A stretch of DNA of 64,000 bases from Candidatus Woesearchaeota archaeon (GTDB lineage: Archaea > Nanobdellota > Nanobdellia > Woesearchaeales > GW2011-AR4), in NCBI GenBank assembly GCA_016185755.1, contig JACPMX010000014.1, forward strand, positions 117,868 to 181,867. The letters run 5' to 3'. The notes below the pieces were generated by a model. It saw only the letters and a program-made list of their open reading frames with translations. It was not told where the DNA came from and did no database searches. Positions 46,828-56,752 of the stretch are shown here, piece by piece (within the stretch, counting starts at the first letter, position 1; each line of letters begins with the position of its first letter). Both the position numbers and the translations under genes were made by a program.

Positions 46828-48780
46828 ATGCTTGAATATGTTATTGGAGTCGGCATATCTTCCTTGCTTGCTGCAGTGTTGTTTTCATTCTATATCCTTA
46901 AAAAGCCAACTGGAACAGCCAAAATGCAGGAAATTTCCGAGGCAATACACAAGGGTGCACTTACCTTCTTAAGAAAAGAGTATGAAGTCATAGCAGTTTT
47001 TATTGCTGTTGTGGCATTGATAATGTATGTATTCCTTGAGAACGGCCACAGGCTTGCGGTATCTTTCATCATGGGCGGATTTGCGTCTGCGCTGGCCGGC
47101 AACCTTGGAATGAGGATATCAACAAAATCGAATGCAAGGGCGGCAGAGGCAACAAAATCCCATATAGGGGATGGCCTGAAAGTTGCCTTCTATTCCGGCG
47201 CCGTAATGGGCTTAAGCGTTGTAGGAATAGGCTTGCTCGGAGTTTCAATTTTGTATTTGGTTTTTGACGATCCGAGTATAATATACGGCTTTGGGTTCGG
47301 GGCCTCCTCAATTGCCCTGTTTGCAAGGGTTGGCGGCGGAATTTATACAAAAGCAGCCGATGTCGGAAGTGATTTGGTCGGCAAGGTTGAAAAAGGAATT
47401 CCCGAAGACGACCCAAGAAACCCTGCAGTCATAGCAGACAATGTAGGCGACAATGTGGGGGATGTTGCAGGCATGGGCGCCGACCTCTTTGAAAGCTATG
47501 TGAACAGCATAATAGCGGCAATGGTGATCGGGCTTGTCTTAAGCCAAGGCCACTTAATTTTTCCGCTGGGCCTTGCAGCGTCAGGTATTTTGGCGTCAAT
47601 AATCGGCATGTTTTTTGTAAAGGCAAAGGATGAGAAACATCTTTTTAGGGCATTGAACACAGGTCTGTATACAAGCACAGTTTTGGCTGCGATATTCGCA
47701 TTTATTCTTGTCAAGCACCAGGATCTTGGCATCGGAGTTTTCTACGCAACCTTGTCCGGGTTGATTGTAGGTGTTGTAATAGGCTGGATTACGGAATATT
47801 ACACATCGAACCGCAACAGGCCGACACAAAGCATAGCAATAGCTGCAAAAACAGGGGCTGGAACAAATGTGATACAGGGGCTTGCTGTCGGCATGCTTTC
47901 TACATTAATTCCGGTTGTTTCGGTTTCGATGGCGGTTCTTGTCGCTTACAAGTTTGCTGGTCTTTACGGGATTGCAATTGCAGGAGTGGGCATGCTCACA
48001 ACCCTTGGATTTACTTTGGCAATTGAAACTTATGGCGCTGTTGCCGACAATGCGGCAGGAATTTCGGAAATGGCCGACGTTGGAAAAGATGTGAGGAAAA
48101 AAACCGAAATGCTTGATGCAGTAGGCAACACGACAGCTGCAATAGGGAAAGGATTTGCAATGGGCAGCGCTGCATTGACTGCTCTTGCTCTTTTTGCCAG
48201 CTTCACCCAGATCACGAAAATTGAGGTCATAAGCATTTCAGACCCCAATGTAATTTTTGGGTTATTCATAGGCGGAATGCTTCCTTTCCTGTTCAGCTCT
48301 TTTGCAATGCAGGCTGTCGGAAAAGCGGCGTCAGAGATAGTTGAGGAAGTAAGAAGGCAGTGGAAATCCATAAAAGGATTGGCGCAGGGAAAAGCAAAGC
48401 CTGACTATGAGAAATGCATCGCAATAAGCACCAGAAGCGCCTTGAAGCAGATGACAATTCCTTCCATTCTTGCAATTCTTGCTCCGATACTGATTGGATA
48501 TTTATTCGGTCTCGAAGCCCTTGGAGGCCTGCTTGTCGGCTCGATTGTATCGGGATTTTCGCTTGCGGTTTTCATGGCCAACTCCGGAGGAGCATGGGAC
48601 AATGCGAAGAAATACATAGAGGCTGGAAACCTTGGTGGCAAAGGAAGTTACGCCCACAAGGCCGCTGTTGTAGGAGACACAGTTGGGGACCCGTTCAAGG
48701 ACACAGCAGGGCCTTCATTGAACATATTAATCAAGCTGATGTCCATTGTTGCGATTGTGTTTGTGCCGCTGATTTTATAA
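46828..48780 (+). CDS. hppA: Membrane-bound H+/Na+-translocating pyrophosphatase, predicted K+-dependent type
   Basis: 650 aa; [10 protein letters not shown] motif (Ala at the K+-dependence position); DVGADL and DNVGDNVGD motifs. Confidence 0.9.
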   Translation: MLEYVIGVGISSLLAAVLFSFYILKKPTGTAKMQEISEAIHKGALTFLRKEYEVIAVFIAVVALIMYVFLENGHRLAVSFIMGGFASALAGNLGMRISTKSNARAAEATKSHIGDGLKVAFYSGAVMGLSVVGIGLLGVSILYLVFDDPSIIYGFGFGASSIALFARVGGGIYTKAADVGSDLVGKVEKGIPEDDPRNPAVIADNVGDNVGDVAGMGADLFESYVNSIIAAMVIGLVLSQGHLIFPLGLAASGILASIIGMFFVKAKDEKHLFRALNTGLYTSTVLAAIFAFILVKHQDLGIGVFYATLSGLIVGVVIGWITEYYTSNRNRPTQSIAIAAKTGAGTNVIQGLAVGMLSTLIPVVSVSMAVLVAYKFAGLYGIAIAGVGMLTTLGFTLAIETYGAVADNAAGISEMADVGKDVRKKTEMLDAVGNTTAAIGKGFAMGSAALTALALFASFTQITKIEVISISDPNVIFGLFIGGMLPFLFSSFAMQAVGKAASEIVEEVRRQWKSIKGLAQGKAKPDYEKCIAISTRSALKQMTIPSILAILAPILIGYLFGLEALGGLLVGSIVSGFSLAVFMANSGGAWDNAKKYIEAGNLGGKGSYAHKAAVVGDTVGDPFKDTAGPSLNILIKLMSIVAIVFVPLIL

Positions 48781-48816
48781 CTAAACCTTTAAAAATCCAG
48801 ATAACTTACACTGATT

Positions 48817-50001
48817 ATGCACAAGTTCTTCACCCTCAAGGATTTGGACGTTTCTGGCAAAAGGGTTCTTGTAAGGGTTGATTTTAATGTTCCATTGGAC
48901 AAGAAGACAAATGATGTTGCAGATGACAAGAGAATAAGGGAAAGCCTGCCCACTATAAACTACCTTATTGAAAATCATGCAAAAATAATTCTCTGCTCTC
49001 ATCTTGGCAGGCCTGATGGGAAAGTTGTTGAATCATTGAAGATGGATAAAGTTGCGGAAAGGCTGGGCAGGCTATTGAACAAAAAAATTAAAAAACTGGA
49101 TGACTGCGTTGGAGAAGAAGTTAAAAAAGAGATTATGAGAATGAAAGAAACCGATGTTATCCTTCTTGAGAACTTGAGGTTTCATCCTGAAGAGGAAGCA
49201 AACGATGAAAACTTCTCAAAACAATTGGCTGATTTGGCCGACCTGTATGTAAATGACGCATTTGGAACATGCCATCGTGCCCATGCATCAACATATGGAG
49301 CTGCAAAATACCTGAAATCAGCTGCAGGCTTCCTTGTGGAAAAGGAGATCAGGATAATGGGCAAGGCTATGGAATCTCCTGAAAGGCCTTTTGTCGGCAT
49401 TCTTGGAGGGGTGAAAATTTCGGACAAGATAAAAGTTATAGAGAATCTGCTGTCAAAAGTCGATTTCCTGCTTTTAGGCGGCGCAATGATTTTCACCTTC
49501 TACAAGGCCCAGGGAAAAAATATCGGAGCTTCAAAATTCGACGAGCATGGCATTGATCTTGCGAAAAAACTGCTGCAAAACAAAAAAATAATTCTGCCGG
49601 TTGACATAGTCATTGCAGACAAGTTTGAGGCCAACGCCGAGTCAAAGATCACCGATGTCGATGGCATGCCGGATGATTGGCTTGGGCTTGACATAGGCCC
49701 TAGAACAATCGAGAATTATAAAAAAATCCTGAAGAATGCAAAGACAGTTGTGTGGAACGGCCCCATGGGCGTTTTTGAATTTGACAAATTTGCTAATGGA
49801 ACAAGAGAGACAGCAAAATTTTTATCCGCTTTAAATGCAACAGTAATTATCGGAGGAGGCGATTCTGCGGCAGCTGTCGAGAAATTCGGATACGCAGGCA
49901 AATTAACCCATGTAAGCACGGGAGGGGGAGCATCTTTGGAATTCTTTGAAGGGAAAAAATTGCCGGGTATAGCGGCCTTGGAAGAGAGCTTTAAGCGGTA
50001 A
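48817..50001 (+). CDS. pgk: Phosphoglycerate kinase
   Basis: 394 aa; N-terminus RVDFNVP and C-terminus GGGAS motifs. Confidence 0.9.
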   Translation: MHKFFTLKDLDVSGKRVLVRVDFNVPLDKKTNDVADDKRIRESLPTINYLIENHAKIILCSHLGRPDGKVVESLKMDKVAERLGRLLNKKIKKLDDCVGEEVKKEIMRMKETDVILLENLRFHPEEEANDENFSKQLADLADLYVNDAFGTCHRAHASTYGAAKYLKSAAGFLVEKEIRIMGKAMESPERPFVGILGGVKISDKIKVIENLLSKVDFLLLGGAMIFTFYKAQGKNIGASKFDEHGIDLAKKLLQNKKIILPVDIVIADKFEANAESKITDVDGMPDDWLGLDIGPRTIENYKKILKNAKTVVWNGPMGVFEFDKFANGTRETAKFLSALNATVIIGGGDSAAAVEKFGYAGKLTHVSTGGGASLEFFEGKKLPGIAALEESFKR

Positions 50002-51280
50002 TCTCAATTTCATCACCTGATATCTGCAGCACAGCCTCCTTTATCTCGCCTTTAAGGCCTGAAATTGCATTGCTTATCTTGGCATCTTCGCTCTTCAGCT
50101 TGGCCAGCTCTTCATTGTTCTTCTCTATCCTGATATTGAGCTCTTCAAGCTGCCTGTTGAAATTCCTGAATTTTTCAGGCACCCCGGAAGATTTTATTTT
50201 GGATTCTATCTCTTCCATCCCTGACTTGTGCGAAAAATATTTTTTAAGGAACTGCTCCAGGAACTCCTTGCTTAATTTCCTGATTTCCTCTATTGATCTT
50301 TCCTTTTTCTTCTCGTCAATCTGCAGCTGGTTATCGTTCAGCGCCTTTTCAAGGTTTTTCAATATGTCTGCTATTGCAAGGTTCTTGTCATCCGCAAGAG
50401 TCTCTATGGGGTGCTTCAGGTAATCCAGTACAATTTCCTCGTGCTCAAAAGCAATATGGGAATATTTCCTCAGTGGCCTTTCAAGAACCGAAAAGCTCTG
50501 CAGAATCTGGTTTTCATCATTGTAGAATTCCGTTTCCTTGTTCTTCCTTTCCTCAATGAGCATGGCAAAATTGCCGTGCTCTCCGCTTTTGGTGAAGCTC
50601 TCTATGCCGGCCATTATGGAATCTTTTTCTTTTATTGCAAGGATCACTGACGCTTCAGCGCTTTTTAGGTCCATATCCAGGTTTATCCTCTGCTTTTCCT
50701 TTGCCTTCAGGCTTTGTATTTTAGCTCTTGTGCTGTTGACAGATACCATTTTTTCATCATTCAATGCAGACTTGAGCTCGGCAAAAAGCCTGTCAAAATT
50801 CCTTAAATTCTGCGCTATATTCCCGGTTTCATTGGCGAAAAATTCCTGCAGTATGGTATAGCTTCTCAATGTCCCCTTGTTAAGGTCGTTGAGCAGCTCG
50901 TCAAACTGCTTTGTGAAGTCAAGAAGGTAAAAATAATCTTTGTTGTTTATCTCCATGTGCCCCAGGAACGAATTGACAGCCCTTATGTACGCTTTCCTGT
51001 TGCCTTCCATGTACTGCTTTGCCTTGAAAGGTATGTTTGGGTTCTGCAGCTTCGCATTTTCCAAAGCTTCGATGTTGAACCTCGCCCTTTGAAGCTCCTC
51101 GCCAACCTTCATGAGGATCTCTCCAGTATGCTGCTTTACATCTTCCATCATGGGCTTTGCCTTCTCATTGAGCCACTCCTCGAGGTTCTGCAGGCTTACA
51201 TCTGTTGATTTCTTCATCTCCTGCTCCCCATTTTTGAATATTTTTTTGATGAACTCAAGCATTTTAATCGTATTTGACAC
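49991..51280 (-). CDS. Coiled-coil hypothetical protein
   Basis: 429 aa, heptad-rich throughout. Confidence 0.5.
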   Translation of the reverse strand: MSNTIKMLEFIKKIFKNGEQEMKKSTDVSLQNLEEWLNEKAKPMMEDVKQHTGEILMKVGEELQRARFNIEALENAKLQNPNIPFKAKQYMEGNRKAYIRAVNSFLGHMEINNKDYFYLLDFTKQFDELLNDLNKGTLRSYTILQEFFANETGNIAQNLRNFDRLFAELKSALNDEKMVSVNSTRAKIQSLKAKEKQRINLDMDLKSAEASVILAIKEKDSIMAGIESFTKSGEHGNFAMLIEERKNKETEFYNDENQILQSFSVLERPLRKYSHIAFEHEEIVLDYLKHPIETLADDKNLAIADILKNLEKALNDNQLQIDEKKKERSIEEIRKLSKEFLEQFLKKYFSHKSGMEEIESKIKSSGVPEKFRNFNRQLEELNIRIEKNNEELAKLKSEDAKISNAISGLKGEIKEAVLQISGDEIEITA

Positions 51281-51358
51281 TTAATGCATATAATTTTTAC
51301 TATTTTGGAGGGCTAAAAGCCGCATACAAAAACCTTTATAAACCACCTGATTTTCCCA

Positions 51359-53437
51359 TTGTTGATGTTCCTAAGCATTGTTATTGTTATAAGTGTTTTG
51401 GCATTGCTGTTTGCAGGCTATCTGGCAAGAGGAGTTCTTAGGAGAGATACCGGAACAGCTGCAATGCAGGAAGTTTCTAATGCAATCAAGATAGGCGCAG
51501 AGGCATTCCTGAAAAGGCAGTACACCACAATAGCGATAATGTCGGCAGCCCTTGCTGTCATCATATATGCCGCTTATGCGTTATTTGGCAATCCGGGCCT
51601 TGGATGGCGCACATCAGTCTCATTTGTCTTTGGAGCAATCAGCTCGGGAATCGCAGGCATTGTGGGCATGTGGATTTCAATAAGGACAAACATCAGGACT
51701 GCAAGCGCTGCAAGAAAAAGCATGAATGACGCTTTTGTAACAGCGTTCAGGGGAGGGGCGGTTTCCGGCATCGTGATAGTTGCGATGTCATTGCTTGGAG
51801 TCGCGCTGATATATTATGTGTTCAGCATCGGCGTTGATCCTAAGGAAGTTCCTTTCCTGATTGTAGGATATGGATTTGGAGCTTCATTTGTAGCTTTGTT
51901 CGCCCAGCTTGGCGGCGGAATTTATACAAAAGCAGCCGATGTCGGAAGTGATTTAGTCGGCAAGATTGAAAAAGGAATTCCCGAAGACGACCCAAGAAAC
52001 CCGGCAGTCATAGCAGACCTTGTCGGAGACAATGTGGGGGATTGTGCTGGCAGGGGCGCTGACCTATTCGAAAGCACAGCTGCTGAAAATATAGGTGCAA
52101 TGATACTTGGTGTTGCCCTCTATCCCATTTTCGGAGTAAAAGGAGTTATGTTCCCTCTTGTTGTAAGGGCATTTGGGCTTGTAGCAACAATAATCGGAAT
52201 AATGACCGTCAAGCTCAGAAACGAAAATGAAAACCCGATGACAGCATTGAACAGGGGATACTACATAACCAGCTTCCTTGCAGCAATTGTATTTTACTTC
52301 ACTACAAAATGGCTTCTCCCAGGCACGGGAAACTGGTTTTTCTTTGCCGGCTTGGTTGGGCTGGCAACGAGCATTTTGATTGTGTGGATAACAGTTTATT
52401 ATACTGAATCAGACCCGTTCTTTTTTAAAAACAGCCCTGTAAGAAAAATTGCAAAAGCATCATTGACAGGTCATGCAACCAACATAATTTCAGGATTTGC
52501 AGTAGCAATGGAAGCAACTGTGCTGCCCGTGATTGTCTTATCATTGGCGCTTCTTTCCTCGTACAAGCTCGGATTGATGAGCGGCGTTGCGCATGGCGGC
52601 TTATACGGAACTGCAATCGCAACAATGGGAATGCTTGCAACAGCAGCTTACATCCTTGCAATGGACAATTTCGGCCCGATAACAGACAATGCCGGCGGAA
52701 TTGCCGTTATGGGCGGGGCTCCAAATGAGGTAAGGAAAAGAACAGACAAGCTTGATGCTGTCGGCAACACAACAAAGGCATTGACAAAAGGCTATGCCAT
52801 AGGAAGCGCCGCATTAGCTGCATTCCTGCTGTTCTCAGCCTATCTTGATGACGTTGCAAAGCATATTGGGGTAAAGGTTGTTTCAGTTGACATTGCAAAA
52901 ATTGATGTATTTGTAGGGGCTTTGATAGGCGCAATGCTTATTTTCCTTTTCAGCGCGTTTGCCATAAGGGCTGTGGGAGACACAGCTTACTCAATAGTAA
53001 ATGAAGTAAGAAGGCAGTGGAAAGCCAAAAAAGGGATAATGACCGGCAAGGAAAAGCCCGACTATGCAAGAGTTGTTGACATTTGCGTCAAGGCTTCTCT
53101 CAAGGAGATGGTTTTGCCCGGATTGGTTGTTGTTGCGGTCACAGTAATTGTTGGAGTTGTCTTGGGATATGAAGCTGCAGCTGCATTTTTGATGGTTGCC
53201 ACAATCACAGGCATTTTGATGGCCCTTCTTCTTAACACAGGCGGAGGAGCATGGGACAATGCGAAGAAGCTCATTGAGGAAGGCGAGCACGGCGGAAAAG
53301 GTTCAGATGCGCACAAGGCAGCTGTCACAGGCGACACAATCGGAGACCCTTTCAAGGACACTGCAGGGCCTTCATTGCACGTTTTGATTAAGCTGTTGAG
53401 CACTATAACTTTGGTTCTTGTGCCGCTGTTTGTGTGA
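51359..53437 (+). CDS. hppA: Membrane-bound pyrophosphatase paralogue, predicted K+-independent type
   Basis: 692 aa; GNTTKALTKG (Lys at the K+-dependence position). Confidence 0.9.
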   Translation: MLMFLSIVIVISVLALLFAGYLARGVLRRDTGTAAMQEVSNAIKIGAEAFLKRQYTTIAIMSAALAVIIYAAYALFGNPGLGWRTSVSFVFGAISSGIAGIVGMWISIRTNIRTASAARKSMNDAFVTAFRGGAVSGIVIVAMSLLGVALIYYVFSIGVDPKEVPFLIVGYGFGASFVALFAQLGGGIYTKAADVGSDLVGKIEKGIPEDDPRNPAVIADLVGDNVGDCAGRGADLFESTAAENIGAMILGVALYPIFGVKGVMFPLVVRAFGLVATIIGIMTVKLRNENENPMTALNRGYYITSFLAAIVFYFTTKWLLPGTGNWFFFAGLVGLATSILIVWITVYYTESDPFFFKNSPVRKIAKASLTGHATNIISGFAVAMEATVLPVIVLSLALLSSYKLGLMSGVAHGGLYGTAIATMGMLATAAYILAMDNFGPITDNAGGIAVMGGAPNEVRKRTDKLDAVGNTTKALTKGYAIGSAALAAFLLFSAYLDDVAKHIGVKVVSVDIAKIDVFVGALIGAMLIFLFSAFAIRAVGDTAYSIVNEVRRQWKAKKGIMTGKEKPDYARVVDICVKASLKEMVLPGLVVVAVTVIVGVVLGYEAAAAFLMVATITGILMALLLNTGGGAWDNAKKLIEEGEHGGKGSDAHKAAVTGDTIGDPFKDTAGPSLHVLIKLLSTITLVLVPLFV

Positions 53438-53696
53438 TTTCTATTAATTTACAAACGGGTTACAACTTGAGCTACGCTCAAGTGTACAGTTGGAATATGT
53501 CCAACTTGTACCTCTTTCACTTTTACTTCTAGAGGTCGTTCCCGGGATTGAATTTGTGGTTTTCATCAATTGATCAAAATTAAATATTAAAAATTCAAAA
53601 ACTGAAGACCCATGCTATGTAAAATAAAATGGGTGCCCATCATTCATCTGTGTTTCTAGTAAAGTTTTATAATCAGGCTGTTCCTTAATCATCAAA

Positions 53697-54008
53697 ATGC
53701 CAAGAAAATACAGTAAAAAGCCCGCGCAGCAGGAAAGGATTGCAAAGAACAGGATAAAATTCCTGTTCCAGCATGCCAAGGAAGTCTTTAAGGAAGACAG
53801 CAAGCTTGCCGACAAATACGTGAAGCTTGCAAGAAGGATAGCGATGAAATACAAGATAAGGCTTCCTTCTTCTCTCAAGAAAAAATTCTGCAAGCACTGC
53901 CACAGATACCTTGTGCCTGGTGTAAATTCAAGGGTCAGGCTGCACAAGCACAGGCTGATTTACTATTGCATGAGCTGCAGGCATTATACAAGATATCCTG
54001 TTAAGTAA
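53697..54008 (+). CDS. rnp4: RNase P protein component Rpp21 (Rpr2)
   Basis: 103 aa; CKHC...CMSC zinc ribbon and basic N-terminal helices. Confidence 0.75.
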   Translation: MPRKYSKKPAQQERIAKNRIKFLFQHAKEVFKEDSKLADKYVKLARRIAMKYKIRLPSSLKKKFCKHCHRYLVPGVNSRVRLHKHRLIYYCMSCRHYTRYPVK

Positions 54009-54204
54009 ATTATTTTCTATAATGAAAATAAATCTATTAATATATCCCAAGCGAAAGCTTTATATATAAGTTATATCACTGCATAGTAACAACTTTGGGG
54101 GAACATGATATGTGTCTAGCGTGTGCGATAGCAGAGGGAAATCCCAATGCGAAAAACGAGAAGAATGTCGAGTATATTAATCAGGAGTATTCAGCCCAGT
54201 AAAA

Positions 54205-54396
54205 ATGGCACGCAATCTAGGCGCAATTGTAGGGGCTTTGGCCGGAGGCGCATTGTCGTTTTTGGCCGCAAAAAAATATGAAATCCCCCTCATGGCTGCA
54301 TTAGGGCCGGCTTATTACCCACTGGCGCTGGCAACAGGAACAATAGCTGGCTGCATCGTGGGCAAGAGATTTTTACAATTCAAAATAATGAGCTAA
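54205..54396 (+). CDS. Small membrane protein
   Basis: 63 aa, Gly/Ala-rich TM. Confidence 0.3.
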   Translation: MARNLGAIVGALAGGALSFLAAKKYEIPLMAALGPAYYPLALATGTIAGCIVGKRFLQFKIMS

Positions 54397-54397
54397 A

Positions 54398-54547
54398 ATG
54401 GAAGTAGACGAGCTGTTTTTGGACGAGGACATGGAGCAGATAGAGACCATGAGGGAATCAAGGAAGAAGATGAAGGACAAGGACTTTGCAAAGCTGATCA
54501 ACAAGAGGGATATTTCTGAATTCGAGATGGACGAGATGTTTTTGTGA
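54398..54547 (+). CDS. Possible 49-aa acidic micro-protein with DELFL/DEMFL termini
   Basis: Translation MEVDELFLDEDMEQIETMRESRKKMKDKDFAKLINKRDISEFEMDEMFL; not in ORF track. Confidence 0.2.
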   Translation: MEVDELFLDEDMEQIETMRESRKKMKDKDFAKLINKRDISEFEMDEMFL

Positions 54548-54555
54548 GTAAGAAA

Positions 54556-55095
54556 ATGGTAAGTGGCAGAGTTACATTAGGGGGTCGGGGTGTGGACAAT
54601 TCACGTAGAAATTTTCTTTTGGGCTTAAGCGCACTGGCAGGATTCGGTGCAATAATGTATGGCAATAAGGGACTTGAATTTTTAGATGAAATTTCCAGAC
54701 CAGCGGAAGAATTGCGTGCTCTGCAAGCTACGGAGCAAATTCCTAAACAAGATGGCCATTATAGAGTTTCAAGAAAATATGTTGAGTTTAGAGGCACGGT
54801 TTTTGAAATTCATCCTACGATGCCAGAAGACGGCGACGGGCCTGAAAGGTTGGTTCGCAAGGCAAATTTGCAATACAATGGCGGTGCGCCAATCAGAGGC
54901 GACCTAGGAGATAGGGCTTTGGACCTTTTTAATATATTGCAGAAAAATAAATTGCAACTTGAAGAAGGTCAAATTAAAAATTTCAAATTTAAGACTCCTT
55001 CAACACCTACAATTTTAAGAGGCAGACAATATTTGGTGCCAACTGTTACTGCTTATGGTTCTTTGAACGATGTACTTACTACTTATAAGCGTTAG
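54556..55095 (+). CDS. Secreted protein with twin-arginine (Tat) signal peptide
   Basis: SRRNFLLGLSALAGFGA Tat motif near the N-terminus. Confidence 0.5.
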   Translation: MVSGRVTLGGRGVDNSRRNFLLGLSALAGFGAIMYGNKGLEFLDEISRPAEELRALQATEQIPKQDGHYRVSRKYVEFRGTVFEIHPTMPEDGDGPERLVRKANLQYNGGAPIRGDLGDRALDLFNILQKNKLQLEEGQIKNFKFKTPSTPTILRGRQYLVPTVTAYGSLNDVLTTYKR

Positions 55096-55133
55096 CAAAA
55101 CTTTTATAAAATATAATCCATTTCTAATTTATT

Positions 55134-55400
55134 ATGTCAAGCTACGACCTGGAGCTTTCCAAAGTAATCGAAAGAATCAATAAAGATAATGCCAAGCTAG
55201 TCTGCATCCAGCTGCCTGATGGATTAAAGCCAAGGGCAAATGAGATACAGCATGCCATAGAGGAAAATACAGATGCAAATGCAGTCATTTGGATGGGATC
55301 CTGCTTCGGGGCTTGCGATGTACCGCTGCAGGTTGAAAGGCTTGGCGTTGATTTGCTCATCCAGTGGGGCCATTCCACCTGGCGCGGAACGTGGTATTAA
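55134..55400 (+). pseudogene. dph2: N-terminal fragment (88 aa) of the diphthamide synthesis radical-SAM enzyme Dph2
   Basis: AKLVCIQLPDGLK...GSCFGACDVPLQVERLGVDLLIQWGHS matches the Dph2 N-terminus, then terminates. About 250 aa are missing, and a Nudix gene starts 33 nt downstream. Confidence 0.55.
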
Positions 55401-55432
55401 TATTTAAATACCCAAACTTATTCTGGCCTGCA

Positions 55433-55831
55433 ATGAAAACTTATTTTGCAGTTACAAGCATTGTCATGCACAAAGGAAAAATCCTGATTCTCAAAAAGTC
55501 GCCAACAGACTACAATTACCCAAACAAGTGGAGCTTCTGCTCCGGCTATGCAAAGGAATTCGAGGCTGCAGAAGACACTGCCGTCAGAGAGATAAAGGAA
55601 GAAACAGGATTGAGCGCAAAAATCGTTAAAAAAGGAAAGATATTTGAAACAAAAGACAGCAAAAACAAGAAAACATGGATAGTTGCCCCTTTCCTCTGCA
55701 GAGTAAAGGCAACAAATGTAAGGCTTGACCACGAGAATGTCGAGTTCAGGTGGATAAGCTGCAAGGATATTAAAAAATTTGACACAGTTCCGGGCCTGCA
55801 GAAAGATTTAAAAGTATCCGGGTTGATTTAG
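55433..55831 (+). CDS. NUDIX hydrolase
   Basis: Nudix box REIKEETGL. Confidence 0.7.
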   Translation: MKTYFAVTSIVMHKGKILILKKSPTDYNYPNKWSFCSGYAKEFEAAEDTAVREIKEETGLSAKIVKKGKIFETKDSKNKKTWIVAPFLCRVKATNVRLDHENVEFRWISCKDIKKFDTVPGLQKDLKVSGLI

Positions 55832-55836
55832 CTGCC

Positions 55837-56289
55837 ATGAAAATAAAAAGGATATTTCTGGGAGCGGACCATGCAGGCTTTGAGCTCAAGGAGCATGTCA
55901 GGAAATACCTTCAGAAAGAAGGATTTGAAGTGGTAGACAAGGGAGCTTTCAAATTCGATGCAAACGATGACTACCCTGATTTTATTGTTCCTGCTGCCAA
56001 AGAAGTCGCCAAAAATAAAGGAAGCAGGGGCATAGTCTTTGGAGGCTCGGGCCAGGGTGAGGCAATCGCAGCCAACAGGGTAAAAGGCATAAGGGCTGCA
56101 TTATATTACGGCAGCAAAATGGATATTGTAAAGCTCTCAAGAACGCATAATGATGCAAACATCCTGTCCCTTGGCGCAAGGTTTCTCACAAAAGAACAGG
56201 CGATAGAAGCAGTTAAAATATGGATTAATACGGATTTCAGCAATGAGGAAAGGCACATAAGAAGAATTAAAAAAATAGATAAAACTTAG
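55837..56289 (+). CDS. rpiB: Ribose-5-phosphate isomerase B (RpiB/LacAB family)
   Basis: 150 aa, IFLGADHAGFELKE start. Confidence 0.8.
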   Translation: MKIKRIFLGADHAGFELKEHVRKYLQKEGFEVVDKGAFKFDANDDYPDFIVPAAKEVAKNKGSRGIVFGGSGQGEAIAANRVKGIRAALYYGSKMDIVKLSRTHNDANILSLGARFLTKEQAIEAVKIWINTDFSNEERHIRRIKKIDKT

Positions 56290-56290
56290 A

Positions 56291-56752
56291 ATGCAATTCA
56301 TAAATTATTTTTTTGCCTCTGCAGTTTCTTTCTCGGGGCTGATTATCGGAATGCTGCTTATAAGGATAGCTCCGGAGGAGCAGAAGCCGCTGGGAAAATA
56401 TTTTGAAATTGCGAGAAAGATATTGCTGCTTCTTATTTTCGCTTTTCTTGCATTTTACCTTTACAATGACAGCCTTAACTTTTTGGTGCTTCTCGGCTAT
56501 TTCGCATTTGCGGTGCTCATTGAATACAGTCTGCATGACCTGCCCAGGAAGACCATGGTGACATACACCCTTTTAGGAATTCTTTTTTTCCTCAGCTCAA
56601 AGAACGCAAACCTTTTTGTTATAGAGTCGGGCCTTGTACTTCTTTACGGGATTCCCACAGCGTCTTTGATGCATAAGAAAAAGGAAGAGAAGAGGATAAT
56701 TTTTTACAACCTTGGATTCATGGTAGTCGCAAACCTTCTTTTTTTCCTATGA
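56291..56752 (+). CDS. Membrane protein, hypothetical
   Basis: 153 aa, four TM segments. Confidence 0.4.
   Translation: MQFINYFFASAVSFSGLIIGMLLIRIAPEEQKPLGKYFEIARKILLLLIFAFLAFYLYNDSLNFLVLLGYFAFAVLIEYSLHDLPRKTMVTYTLLGILFFLSSKNANLFVIESGLVLLYGIPTASLMHKKKEEKRIIFYNLGFMVVANLLFFL

Noticed and set aside
53560-53620. Box C/D sRNA guess based on TGATCA and CTGA motifs
   Set aside because: No canonical RUGAUGA C box and no C'/D' boxes or guide complementarity could be recognised. It is kept only as an unassigned structured region.
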